IMG/VR virus record: IMGVR_UViG_3300029286_000009
Location: 195,733 to 259,732 of that record
Reading direction: 5' to 3' (one strand)
Length of the DNA stretch: 64,000 nucleotides
This document shows positions 48,336 through 58,078 of the stretch, piece after piece; positions within the stretch are counted from its first letter, which is position 1; each line of letters starts with the position of its first letter. The position numbers and the translations under genes were made by a program. A model generated the notes under the pieces. That model saw only the letters and a program-made list of their open reading frames with translations. It was not told the DNA's origin and did no database searches.

Positions 48336-48859
48336 TGTTTATTGCAAGACAACCTGTGCTTGAGAATTCATTCTGCAAGCATGACATTACACAAGATTCT
48401 TCTTACGTTTCAAGTTCCCCAATCGTTTGTCCGCAGGGCGTAGTAGTTACTATAGCAGGCTGCGACGGTGAAACGACTGTGGTCAAAATGATGGATGATT
48501 GCGATCAGGTACCGTTTGGGTTTCTAATGCAAGAAATCCGTCAGTATTATGACAGGGAGTACGTGCCATGGGGTGGGCGACTACCGAGACATCAGGGAAC
48601 TCAACAAGAGTTTATTGGTGGACCTGTAGGCGTAGCACACTTGGGTCTCTGGAGCACAAACGTATATGATGTGGATGTACCGATCAGTGCTGGTGACAAG
48701 CTTTATGCTTCAGCTAGCGGAACGTTGTGCACCGCTTCTGGTAGTGGTTATTGCCAATCTGGAGTAAATAATACTACTCCGGTAGCAGTAGCGATGAACA
48801 CACTAACAGTGGCTAGATTGGTGCAGGGACGACAGCTGCACATTAAGGCTCTGATATAA
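48335..48859 (+). CDS. capsid decoration/cement protein
   Basis: PFGFLMQ...ISAGDKLYASASG; lies between scaffold and MCP. Confidence 0.6.
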   Translation: MFIARQPVLENSFCKHDITQDSSYVSSSPIVCPQGVVVTIAGCDGETTVVKMMDDCDQVPFGFLMQEIRQYYDREYVPWGGRLPRHQGTQQEFIGGPVGVAHLGLWSTNVYDVDVPISAGDKLYASASGTLCTASGSGYCQSGVNNTTPVAVAMNTLTVARLVQGRQLHIKALI

Positions 48860-48877
48860 TAGGGGGTGTGTTATAAA

Positions 48878-49954
48878 ATGGCTATTAGTTTAGAAAGAAA
48901 ATGTGAACTTTTTAAAGCGACCGCCGACATGCACACGCCGCGGGGCCTTAGGGCTTTCCAAGAGTTTGCAGCTTCTTTAACCGGACCAATTTTAAAGAAG
49001 GTTGAAGAGAAGTCTTACATGCGGCAGTTGTTTTCGGTCATCAGGCTTGGTCCTGGCCAGCAACCGTCATTCCCAATCGCGGATGACTTTGATAGCCCTA
49101 TCTGGATTCTTCCTGGTATGGCTTATGTTGCACAGGACACCATGGAACTCGGGGCAGAAGAGGTCTTAATTCCTACGTTCACCTTACAGGCGGCGAAGAA
49201 TTGGCTCCTCAAGTATGCTCGTGAGGGACGTGTGGATATTGTTACTAAGGCTCAGCAGGCAGTTGCTAATGCAATTGCTGCATATGAGGAAGAGGCTGGA
49301 TGGAGAACCATTATTCCTGCTGTAACTTCAGCATTTGATGGTGCAGGCATTCTACCTCCTCGTGCTGCTCCTGTATATGAAATGGCAGCGGGCGATGCCT
49401 CTGCGGGCTATTTCTCAAAGGAGCTTTTGAATCGCATGATAGTTGGATATCAGCGGTTAGGTCGTAATCTGGGGGAACTTTGGATTTCTCCGGAAGACAT
49501 GGCTGACATTAGAGAGTATACGGACACCGAAGTTGACCCAGTAACTCGAAGGGAAATTTTTCAGGCTGCTGGTCTAGGCAGTATTTGGGGAGTTACCTTT
49601 AGGGTTGCAGATTGTCTAGGTGTGCGTGGTAAATACAACATCAATGACAAGACGTCATTGTATGGTCCGTTCAGGGGCGACACAAGTAATCACTTTAATG
49701 ATTACACAATCACTCACGGTAATGTTCTTGATGAGAATGGAAACTTGGATACGGCTGGTGAGACTCAGGTATATGGGTTTGACAAGTCCGACATGTCTCT
49801 TATCATGATAATTAAGCAGGAGTACGAAGCCCATGACGATCCGACTCTACACAGACGCCAGCAACAAGGCTTTTATGGCTGGTGCGAGTATGGCTTTGCA
49901 TGTCTCGAAGCCCGCAGCATGTGCCTTGGTGTCGTTGATAGGTATACCCCATAA
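48878..49954 (+). CDS. major capsid protein (HK97 fold)
   Basis: About 358 aa; C-terminal DDPTLHRRQQQGFYGWCEYGFA; optimal codon usage; terminator shortly downstream. Confidence 0.8.
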   Translation: MAISLERKCELFKATADMHTPRGLRAFQEFAASLTGPILKKVEEKSYMRQLFSVIRLGPGQQPSFPIADDFDSPIWILPGMAYVAQDTMELGAEEVLIPTFTLQAAKNWLLKYAREGRVDIVTKAQQAVANAIAAYEEEAGWRTIIPAVTSAFDGAGILPPRAAPVYEMAAGDASAGYFSKELLNRMIVGYQRLGRNLGELWISPEDMADIREYTDTEVDPVTRREIFQAAGLGSIWGVTFRVADCLGVRGKYNINDKTSLYGPFRGDTSNHFNDYTITHGNVLDENGNLDTAGETQVYGFDKSDMSLIMIIKQEYEAHDDPTLHRRQQQGFYGWCEYGFACLEARSMCLGVVDRYTP

Positions 49955-49966
49955 GGAGGCGTAAAC

Positions 49967-50176
49967 ATGGCGATAATCTATCTTGACCTAAGTGGGAAGA
50001 CCCGTAAGGTAAAGACCACTGATTGGAAACATCGGCTCTGGGACGGCTCCTGGGGACGATATGGTTGGTTCTGTCAATTTAACCTAGAGCCTTATTTCCT
50101 TACAACTAAGGTTACTGATGAGGCAGCATACGCCGGAGATGGCTTCAATGCCTTCTGGCACATCCGCTGGGGTTAA
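49967..50176 (+). CDS. small virion-associated protein
   Basis: AAGGAGG RBS after the MCP. Confidence 0.55.
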   Translation: MAIIYLDLSGKTRKVKTTDWKHRLWDGSWGRYGWFCQFNLEPYFLTTKVTDEAAYAGDGFNAFWHIRWG

Positions 50177-50221
50177 TCAATAATCAAATCAATAACTTAG
50201 GTTAATTACCCCAAGTTAACT

Positions 50222-50252
50222 AAAGCGGACTCTTGGGTCCGCTTTTCTTTTT
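50222..50252 (+). terminator. Rho-independent terminator of the capsid operon
   Basis: AAAGCGGAC-TCTTGG-GTCCGCTTT followed by a T-run. Confidence 0.8.
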
Positions 50253-50890
50253 CACACCATTCTTTTCATTTTTTGCTGTTAATTTTTACCTCTCGGACAC
50301 TTTTGGGTAATATACTTATAGTATAGACCAAAAGTATAAGGAGATTTAGGATGGCAGGTTCAAAACGTATTGCATGGACTCCTGAAGAGGACAAACTTCT
50401 TAAGGAGAATTATGGTAAGGTTACTTCTAAGGAACTGGTAGCTTTAATACCAACACACAGTAGCGGTTCTATTCGTGCTCGTGCGGATTATTTCAGGAAG
50501 AAGGGGGATGCTGAAATTCCTGAAAAACAAGAAAAAAGAAAGTATGATGTTAACTTTGGTTTCTTTGATGAAATAGGTTTAGAGCAGTGTGCTTTTGCGG
50601 GGTTGGTAGCTAGTGATGGGTGTATTAAGCCTAAGAAAAACTTGGTACAGGTGTCTTTGAAGGACTATGATTATTTAAGAGAGTGGGCAAACGTAATAGG
50701 ATACACTGGACCAGTTCATACTTATGATATTGCTGAGGGGCAGATTGGACACGGTCAAATTTCTGTTTTGTTAGTGCATGGTGTCCCACGTTGGCTTGAT
50801 GTCCTGTATAAGATATTTAATGTGACCCCAAAGAAATCATTAACACTATCTCCTCCGAACCTCACTAACAGAGAACAAATTCTTGCTTAC

Positions 50891-52133
50891 CGAAATTCCT
50901 TGGTTTAAAGCCCCCGAATTTATTCGTGGGCTTTCATGAAAAACACGGAATCATTTAACTTCCTTTGTGTCAAAATATAGTAGGTGCGTAAAATATGAGA
51001 AAGTCTTTTCAATACAGGATTTATCCAACTAAGAAGCAACAAACATTGCTGCTAAATACCCTTGAGCAATGCAGGCGGTTGTATAATCATCTGCTGGAAC
51101 AGCGTAAAAATAGTTGGGAACAATTCCATAAAGGGCTTTCTCTCTATGACCAACAAGCAACCTTTCCTACACTGAAAGAACGCGTTCCTGAACTTAAAGA
51201 CATTCATTCTCAAGTTTTGCAAAATGTAGCCGTCAGAATAGACCTTGCATTTAAGGCTTTCTTCCGCAGAGTGAAACAAGGTGTCGATCCCGGATATCCT
51301 CGGTTTCGTGGATTCGGTAGATATGACTCCTTCACATACCCTCAAACTGGATTCAGACTCAACGAAAAATCCGTAAGTCTTTCCAAAATTGGGAAAGTAA
51401 AAGCAGTAATTCATAGACCAACTGAAGGGACAATCAAGACTTGTACCATTAGAAAAACTGCAACTCAGAAATGGTTTATCTCTTTCTCTTGCGAAGTAGA
51501 TAGAAATATTCTCCCTGACAATACTGTCTCTGTTGGGCTTGACGCAGGACTCTCTTCGTTCATGACACTCTCTAATGGTGAAAAGGTTGATAACCCTCGT
51601 TTCTTTAAACAAGAGGCTAAAAATCTTGCAAAGGTTCAACGCAGACTTTCCAAACAAACCAAAGGAACCCGTAAGAGGCACAAGTGTCGCAAGATAGTTT
51701 CTCGCGTTCATGAGCGAATCACGAACAAGAGAAAAGATTTTGCTCACAAGCTGTCTCGTAAACTCATAGACGCCTATGGTGTGATAGCTATTGAAGACCT
51801 GTCCATCAATAATATGCAAAAAGATAACTTTCGCTGCATTAACCGTGGAATAGCAGACGTGGCTTGGCGAAATTTCTTTGATATGCTGGTCTACAAGGCA
51901 GAATGCGCCGGTAGAATAGTAATCAAAGTCAATCCCGCCTACACTAGCCAAATTTGCTCACATTGTGGATATCGTCAAAAGATTCCATTATCAACTAGAG
52001 TTTTTAAGTGCCCATGTTGTAATTTCGAAATTGATAGAGATGTTAATGCTGCGATAAATATTCTCAGTCTGGGGCTACAGACTGTTGGCTCTGCCAAAGA
52101 AGCCCCCCGCCTTTAGGCGTGGGGAATAGTCAC
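50891..52133 (+). mobile_element. IS200/IS605-family element (tnpB only)
   Basis: Follows TTAC (50887-50890); left-end hairpin CCCCCGAATTTATTCGTGGG; right end GCCCCCCGCCTTTAGGCGTGGGG...TCAC. Confidence 0.85.
50995..52116 (+). CDS. tnpB: TnpB RNA-guided endonuclease
   Basis: YRIYPTKKQ HTH; GLDAG; IEDL; TSQICSHCG; DRDVNAAINI. Confidence 0.95.
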   Translation: MRKSFQYRIYPTKKQQTLLLNTLEQCRRLYNHLLEQRKNSWEQFHKGLSLYDQQATFPTLKERVPELKDIHSQVLQNVAVRIDLAFKAFFRRVKQGVDPGYPRFRGFGRYDSFTYPQTGFRLNEKSVSLSKIGKVKAVIHRPTEGTIKTCTIRKTATQKWFISFSCEVDRNILPDNTVSVGLDAGLSSFMTLSNGEKVDNPRFFKQEAKNLAKVQRRLSKQTKGTRKRHKCRKIVSRVHERITNKRKDFAHKLSRKLIDAYGVIAIEDLSINNMQKDNFRCINRGIADVAWRNFFDMLVYKAECAGRIVIKVNPAYTSQICSHCGYRQKIPLSTRVFKCPCCNFEIDRDVNAAINILSLGLQTVGSAKEAPRL

Positions 52134-52217
52134 TCGTAAGTGGAAGAAGTTTGAGGACTACCTCTCCAAATAACTTCCCTTCTTCTCCTATTAGACTATA
52201 CACGGGAGGACTAGACT

Positions 52218-52505
52218 ATGACTATGCAAGAGTGGTTGTTACAAATAGAGAAGGATATTCAAATGCTTAGGTTGGTTAGGGATGTACTAAATGACTTTCT
52301 TTACTCCTTGCCCGGCACTGGTTACCCCAAAGACGATTGTTGCAGTCCTTGTGATGATAACTCTTCTAATCCTATGGAAGAGCTTTCCGAAATTATTATG
52401 TTACGTCTAGACATACTTAAACAGGTGCTCCCCCGTCTTGGTTCTGCTATTGATGATTTTAGTTCTTTGATGGCTGGTAGTGTTCCTAAGGGAGAGGAGG
52501 GTTAA
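52218..52505 (+). CDS. hypothetical protein
   Basis: GGAGG RBS. Confidence 0.55.
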   Translation: MTMQEWLLQIEKDIQMLRLVRDVLNDFLYSLPGTGYPKDDCCSPCDDNSSNPMEELSEIIMLRLDILKQVLPRLGSAIDDFSSLMAGSVPKGEEG

Positions 52506-52508
52506 ACT

Positions 52509-52910
52509 GTGGAAGATTTAGAAAATGAAGTTAAAAAAGTAAATAAAGCAATAATTGAAACTAATCCTGAGTGGTCTTTTTGGCAACGTACTCTAGCCAA
52601 TCTCATTAACGCCAGTGGTGTATTCCTTTGGGTGTTCGTATCTGTCTACCTCCTTTACACGTATGATAAAAATTTAGAACTAAGTATACTACGCGACGCA
52701 ATGTTGAATATAATTATACCAGCTACGGTGTATGGTGTTTTTACGCTTTTTTCTGCGATGACTTTAGTATCTTGGTTCTTCCCGTATTTCTCCTTTCGCA
52801 CTTTAATGGAAAAAGGTACGCCTATGGAGCGTTTGGGGTGCATGGGTTTTTGGGCAGTGATAGGATTATGTATCGCTATGATTATTTGTAAAGCGATAAA
52901 TCCAGGTTAA
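52509..52910 (+). CDS. putative holin (3 TM)
   Basis: Three hydrophobic helices; directly upstream of the peptidoglycan hydrolase. Confidence 0.5.
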   Translation: MEDLENEVKKVNKAIIETNPEWSFWQRTLANLINASGVFLWVFVSVYLLYTYDKNLELSILRDAMLNIIIPATVYGVFTLFSAMTLVSWFFPYFSFRTLMEKGTPMERLGCMGFWAVIGLCIAMIICKAINPG

Positions 52911-52911
52911 G

Positions 52912-53475
52912 ATGAAAAGGTTATTAGTTGCTGTAGTAATAACACTTATTGCAGTAACTTCCAATGCAGAACCTCTTAAAATGAGTGATATTGTTTTTAG
53001 TGATGATCCACTAGAGAATAGTGTTATACGTAGAATGGATTTTTGGACTAAATTTTATCTAGCCCGCCGGGTGCCTTACGGGTGGGGAGCGAACTGGTCG
53101 ATCTACTTCGACTGTTCAGGTGGTATAGAAACGATATGCCGTAAAAGTGGTATAGGGCATTTGCCTAGGACTACTTCAGAACGTATGTGGCGTACGTGGG
53201 CTAATAAAAAAAGATGGACCATTAATAAGGAGATGTGGCAGCAATCAAGATTTCCTTATTTAATCTTTTACACGTTTCCATCTAAACCAGGCAAGCCACC
53301 TCGACCATATGGACATGTTTGTTTTGCTTGGAAAAAGGATGATTTAAAGGTTATCACTATTGCTGAAGCATCTTCTAGTGCTGGTTATTTTAAGGAGACT
53401 CTGATGCGTAAAAAGGATTACCATGACCAGCATTGGGTGGGGCTATTGCAATTAAATTTATTACCAGGTAAGTAA
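52912..53475 (+). CDS. NlpC/P60 family peptidoglycan endopeptidase with signal peptide (endolysin candidate)
   Basis: VPYGWGA...FDCSG; LPRTTS; YGHV; N-terminal signal sequence. Confidence 0.8.
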   Translation: MKRLLVAVVITLIAVTSNAEPLKMSDIVFSDDPLENSVIRRMDFWTKFYLARRVPYGWGANWSIYFDCSGGIETICRKSGIGHLPRTTSERMWRTWANKKRWTINKEMWQQSRFPYLIFYTFPSKPGKPPRPYGHVCFAWKKDDLKVITIAEASSSAGYFKETLMRKKDYHDQHWVGLLQLNLLPGK

Positions 53476-53477
53476 GT

Positions 53478-53777
53478 ATGTATTACCCAGGGATGATTAC
53501 ACAGACAATTTTGGTTATGGTTATTATTGGAGCCATGGCTGTAGTTGGTTATCTTGGTGTGAAAAACCATTTCCAAAAGAGCAAGATATTTACAATAGAG
53601 GCACAGCTTAAAGAGTGCGAACTTGCAAAGGCTTCTGTGCAAAAGACTAATATTTTTCTGCAAAGCAATATGGATATTTTAAACTCGTATTACAATCAGA
53701 AGAAGAAGCCGAAGCCACCCGCGATTGTGGGAGGGCAACTAAAGTTAGAGAATATTTTTATGGGGCCACCAAGATGA
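53478..53777 (+). CDS. putative i-spanin (Rz-like)
   Basis: N-terminal TM plus coiled coil. Confidence 0.55.
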   Translation: MYYPGMITQTILVMVIIGAMAVVGYLGVKNHFQKSKIFTIEAQLKECELAKASVQKTNIFLQSNMDILNSYYNQKKKPKPPAIVGGQLKLENIFMGPPR

Positions 53778-54127
53778 GAAATTATATCCTCATTATCGTA
53801 TTCTTACTACTGGTTTCTTGTGCTAGCATACCGCGGGAGCAGCTCCTAGTAAGCGAAATTACTTTACCACCTCGTCCTGATGTGGTAATGATAGATAAGG
53901 GTAAGGGTGATACTAAAAAATACCCTAATACAAAATGGGTTAGCGAGCCTTCTATGGACAGCAAGAAGGGGATTGCCTGTTGGTCTTATAAAGATGTGCA
54001 AGTTATTAGTGATGGACTAGCTGACTGGCAGGTTTGGGCTGATGCTATAGAGTCAATCGTAAAAAGTCATAATGGGGGGGAAATTAATAAGGACACTGCA
54101 CCTTGGTATAAACGCTGGATAAGGTAG
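53774..54127 (+). CDS. putative o-spanin lipoprotein (Rz1-like)
   Basis: Lipobox LLVSC; Pro-rich segment; overlaps the i-spanin-like gene. Confidence 0.55.
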   Translation: MRNYILIIVFLLLVSCASIPREQLLVSEITLPPRPDVVMIDKGKGDTKKYPNTKWVSEPSMDSKKGIACWSYKDVQVISDGLADWQVWADAIESIVKSHNGGEINKDTAPWYKRWIR

Positions 54128-54550
54128 GTGCCCATGTCTGAAGCGGATACACGACAAGCTGAGTTACTGGGTGAATTGGAAGAGATTGTCTCTCAATTAG
54201 CACAACAGACTGATAGTAAGACAACTAATCTTCAAGTTTATATAGAAGAGCAGAAAAAACTTTTGGATGAAAGAGACCACCGTAGATGGATGTGGTTTTT
54301 GGGTATTTCAGTTTCTATTTTATTGACTCTAGGTGTTCTAAGCATTGAAATGTGGGAGCGCCAGTACGACCGGATTGCGTGCATAGATAAAGCTTTTGTT
54401 AAGATTGATAGTTCTCTGGACAATCTGAAGGCACAGATTGAGGAATTGAAATCAAGGAATGCAGGAAGCGAGCAGAGGGACCAGGAAATTACGTTGTCAA
54501 TTAAACGGTTGGACAAGGCAATTTTAGAAATAAGCAAGAGGCAGAAATGA
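54128..54550 (+). CDS. single-TM coiled-coil membrane protein
   Basis: Central TM flanked by coiled coils; ATGA overlap with the receiver gene. Confidence 0.6.
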   Translation: MPMSEADTRQAELLGELEEIVSQLAQQTDSKTTNLQVYIEEQKKLLDERDHRRWMWFLGISVSILLTLGVLSIEMWERQYDRIACIDKAFVKIDSSLDNLKAQIEELKSRNAGSEQRDQEITLSIKRLDKAILEISKRQK

Positions 54551-54960
54551 TGGATGTACTAATCGTAGAAAATGATCCCATCGTGACTAAGATGTGGTCA
54601 AAGAAGCTGACTGCACAGTATGAGGTGAGAATCGCTGAATCTGTCGATAAGGCTAAAAAAGAAATATCTGACAAGATGCCTTCTCTAGTTCTATTAGATT
54701 TGCGTTTGAATGGCCCGTCCAATTCTGGGCTTACGGTCTATGATTTTATTCGTAAAGAATTAAATAACAATATTCCTATCATCTTTATAACAGGGTTAGC
54801 TTACAACGTAGAATTATTTCAGCGAGCACAATCTATGACCAAAGTAGATACTTCTAACGGTATAGGTACTTATTTAATGGAAAAGCCCGTAAGAATAAAT
54901 GATTTGTTTGATGCCGTATGTTTGGCGGAACAGACACATGTCTCAGTAGTTAACGAATAG
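54547..54960 (+). CDS. single-domain response regulator (CheY-like)
   Basis: VLIVEND, LVLLDLRL (phospho-Asp), IFITG, EKP. Confidence 0.9.
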   Translation: MMDVLIVENDPIVTKMWSKKLTAQYEVRIAESVDKAKKEISDKMPSLVLLDLRLNGPSNSGLTVYDFIRKELNNNIPIIFITGLAYNVELFQRAQSMTKVDTSNGIGTYLMEKPVRINDLFDAVCLAEQTHVSVVNE

Positions 54961-54968
54961 GGGTCTTT

Positions 54969-57900
54969 GTGTGGCTTAAAGATTTGGTGTCTCCTATGGA
55001 ACCGAATTTAGATATAGTTATAGTGGACGACAAAGAAGAAATAACCGAGTTATTTTCCTCCATGCTTGGTGATATGCCAAGAGTCAGTAGTATTCACACT
55101 TGTAAGTCACTGAATGAGTTGCAGGATTTGCTGTTATCTGCTCCTGCTAATGTTGTAGTATTAGACCTGAATTTAATCGAGACTCGGGGACTAGATACTC
55201 TCACTGTTTTTAAGTCCTTATTCTCCTCCTTACCTGTTGTTGTAGTAACTGGTAATGACTCCAATAGTTTATCCTTCAGTTGTTTCTTGCTGGGTGCTAG
55301 TGAGTTCTTATCCAAACCCGACATTACCCCTACCCTCCTATACAAAGCCTGTGTTTACGCTGTTGAAAAAGATATTATTAATGCAAAAATTAAGCGTGCT
55401 GAAGCTGAATTACGGGCAATAGTGTATGATTCTCCTGTTCCCCAATTCGTTATTGATCATAATCATCACATTATATTCTGGAATCGTGCCTTGGAAGAAA
55501 TTACTGGTATGAAGGCAGATCAGGTGGTAGGCAAGAGCCAAAGTTGGGAATCGTTTTATCCTTCAGCTCGCCCGAGTTTGGCTGATCTTCTAGTGGACCA
55601 GGATGAGGAGTCAATAGATCGGTTATATGGCAACAAGTGTGGTCGACTTAAGTTAATCGAGGGGGCGTATGAGGCTACAGACTTCTTCCCTATGCTTGGT
55701 GAGAGTGGGCGTTGGTTACATTTTACAGCTGTAGCAATTAAAGATTCTAAAGGTAATATATTAGGTGCAGTAGAGATTATAGATGACATTACAGAAAGAC
55801 TTCAGATGGAAGAAAAGAATGTTAGATTAGCAACTATTGTTGAATGTTCGGATGATGCTATTATTGGTAAAACGTTGGATGGTAAAATTACGGATTGGAA
55901 TAAAGGTGCTGAGAATCTTTATGGGTATAAACCCGAAGAAGTTATCGGTAAACATGTATCTATTTTGATTCTCCCAGAATATAAAAATGAAATTACAGGT
56001 TTAATAGCTAGGATAATACGGGGGGAGCATATAAATCGGTATGAGACTGTAAGGCGAAGAAAAGATGGTAAAATAGTAAACGTTTCTTTGGTTATTTCAC
56101 CAATTCTAGATAATACTAATACTGTAATTGGTGCTTCTACGATAGCACGTGATATAACTGATCGTAAGACCGCCGAGATCGCACTGGAGCACAGTGAATT
56201 ACGATATAGACGATTGTTCGAGAGTGCACAAGATGGGATTCTGATACTTGATTTTGATACCGGTAAGATATTGGATGTAAATCCTTTTATGGTGGAAATG
56301 TTGGGTTATTCCCACGGCGAATTTGTTGGTAAGCAGATTTGGGAAGTTAGTCCATTTGTGGATTGTCTTAAAAATAAAGATATCTTTGATAGATTGCAGC
56401 GAGAAGGATACGTGCGGTATGAAGACTTACCTTTGGAAACTGGGGATGGACGAGTATTGCAAGTTGAGTTTATTAGCAACAGTTACTCTGTTAATGGTTC
56501 TGCTTTTATTCAGTGCAATGTTAGGAATATAACGGAACGTAAAGAGGCTGAAGGTCAAAAAGAGATACTACAAGCGCAACAGGAACTAATAATTAATATT
56601 TTGAAACACCTGAATAAGCCTTATACCGGTATCCAAACAATTGAAGAGTTACTTAAGTTAATACAGGACTATACCGGAGTGGACGCGATTGGGTTGCGTT
56701 TACAAGAAGGGGATGATTTTCCCTACTTTGTTTATAGGGGGTTCGATCAAGAATTTATAGAATTAGAAAACTATTTGTGCGAACCTGGTATACATAAAAG
56801 TAAGAGTGCGGATAAAGAACTTCCACTTCTTCAATGTATTTGTGGGCGTGTTATTGCTGGTCTGACGGACTCTGTGTGCTCTTTCTTTACAAAGGGCGGT
56901 AGTTTTTGGACGAACAGTACAACTGATCCACTAAGCGGGGTTTGCGGGGAACTAAATATTAAGATGAGAAATCAGTGTAATCGGGCAGGATATGAATCTG
57001 TAGCTATTATCCCACTTTCTGCCGGATCAGAGATAATTGGGTGTATTCAATTAAATAATAAGGCAAAAAATAAGTTTACGGAAAATACAATTTTTTTTAT
57101 GGAAGAGTTGGCTTTGTCTATTGCTGTTGCTGTTAAAAGAGCATGGCAAGAGGACCGGATAAAAATTTTGGAAATAGCTAAGACGCGTGATTTGTTGGAG
57201 TCTTCTCGGTTAGTTAATTCGGGGGTAGCCCATGAGTTACGCACGCCTATGCAGTCTATCCTGAACTGTCTGGAACTTATAAATGAGGAAGTGGAAAAAG
57301 CTTGTTTGTTGCTTAATTGTAGTGATACTCATGCGCATGAGTGTTATGCCGTGCTAAGGGATACAGCGATTGATATAGTAGACTTGGCTGGGGATGGTAT
57401 AGAGCGTACTGAATACTCCATTAAGGTGCTCAACTCATTGTCTGATTATTCAAAAATAGCAAGTAATGATGAATTACACCTAATTAATGTAATTCCTGAG
57501 TTAAAGACTATAATGCGTACTCTTATGTTTACGGATCACTTTAAAAGTCTCAGCGATACCAATTTTGTTCTGAAAACTTTGCAAAATAATTCCGATAGGT
57601 ATTTTATCTCTATTAACCGTATAGACTTTTCGCAGCTTATTACTAATCTGTGCAGGAATGCCAGAGAGGCTATTATGCATAACGACCCCGAGATAACAAT
57701 AGAAGTTGCATTAGAAGATGGTAATGTAATAATTACGGTTATTGACAATGGGAAGGGGATAGATGCATCTTTGGGTGATAGGATATTTGAGCCATACTTT
57801 TCTACTAAAGAAAATCCAGACGAATACAACCAGGGATTGGGTCTTGCCATGGTCAGAGACACTGTTGCAGCCTACGGTGGTCATATAAGGTATTCTAGTT

Positions 57901-57971
57901 GTCCTGGGTGCACAAAGTTTGTTGTAGCATTTCCAGCTCAAGCACCACCTGCAGGAATAATAACAAGGTGA
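54969..57971 (+). CDS. cytoplasmic hybrid sensor histidine kinase (REC-PAS-PAS-PAS-GAF-HisKA-HATPase)
   Basis: REC VIVDD/VLDLNL/SKP; three PAS/PAC units ending DITER, DITDR and NITER; GAF; H-box AHELRTP; N-box NLCRNA; DNGKG; FEPYFSTK; GLGL. Confidence 0.93.
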   Translation: MWLKDLVSPMEPNLDIVIVDDKEEITELFSSMLGDMPRVSSIHTCKSLNELQDLLLSAPANVVVLDLNLIETRGLDTLTVFKSLFSSLPVVVVTGNDSNSLSFSCFLLGASEFLSKPDITPTLLYKACVYAVEKDIINAKIKRAEAELRAIVYDSPVPQFVIDHNHHIIFWNRALEEITGMKADQVVGKSQSWESFYPSARPSLADLLVDQDEESIDRLYGNKCGRLKLIEGAYEATDFFPMLGESGRWLHFTAVAIKDSKGNILGAVEIIDDITERLQMEEKNVRLATIVECSDDAIIGKTLDGKITDWNKGAENLYGYKPEEVIGKHVSILILPEYKNEITGLIARIIRGEHINRYETVRRRKDGKIVNVSLVISPILDNTNTVIGASTIARDITDRKTAEIALEHSELRYRRLFESAQDGILILDFDTGKILDVNPFMVEMLGYSHGEFVGKQIWEVSPFVDCLKNKDIFDRLQREGYVRYEDLPLETGDGRVLQVEFISNSYSVNGSAFIQCNVRNITERKEAEGQKEILQAQQELIINILKHLNKPYTGIQTIEELLKLIQDYTGVDAIGLRLQEGDDFPYFVYRGFDQEFIELENYLCEPGIHKSKSADKELPLLQCICGRVIAGLTDSVCSFFTKGGSFWTNSTTDPLSGVCGELNIKMRNQCNRAGYESVAIIPLSAGSEIIGCIQLNNKAKNKFTENTIFFMEELALSIAVAVKRAWQEDRIKILEIAKTRDLLESSRLVNSGVAHELRTPMQSILNCLELINEEVEKACLLLNCSDTHAHECYAVLRDTAIDIVDLAGDGIERTEYSIKVLNSLSDYSKIASNDELHLINVIPELKTIMRTLMFTDHFKSLSDTNFVLKTLQNNSDRYFISINRIDFSQLITNLCRNAREAIMHNDPEITIEVALEDGNVIITVIDNGKGIDASLGDRIFEPYFSTKENPDEYNQGLGLAMVRDTVAAYGGHIRYSSCPGCTKFVVAFPAQAPPAGIITR

Positions 57972-58078
57972 TTTGACCCCGGTTTTTGGTGCATTAACTA
58001 ACCTGTTGTATTTTTTAGCCGCTGGGAACTGCGGTTTAAGGGCTTGTGGTAAATTCATAAGTACATAACTAGAGTGGA

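Larger units (their letters stand above)
50351..52173 (+). pseudogene. LAGLIDADG-type endonuclease gene disrupted by an IS and internally deleted
   Basis: AGLVASDGCI...PPNLTNREQILAY, then the IS, then RKWKKFEDYLSK*; the paralog at 35679 has about 90 aa between these motifs. Confidence 0.75.

Noticed and set aside
51052-51951. 299-aa minus-strand ORF
   Set aside because: Antisense shadow of the second tnpB.
5519-52116. TnpB/IscB as Cas12/Cas9 CRISPR effectors
   Set aside because: They are about 370-400 aa, flanked by IS200/IS605 ends, and have no array. No second target for their guides was seen by eye in the window.
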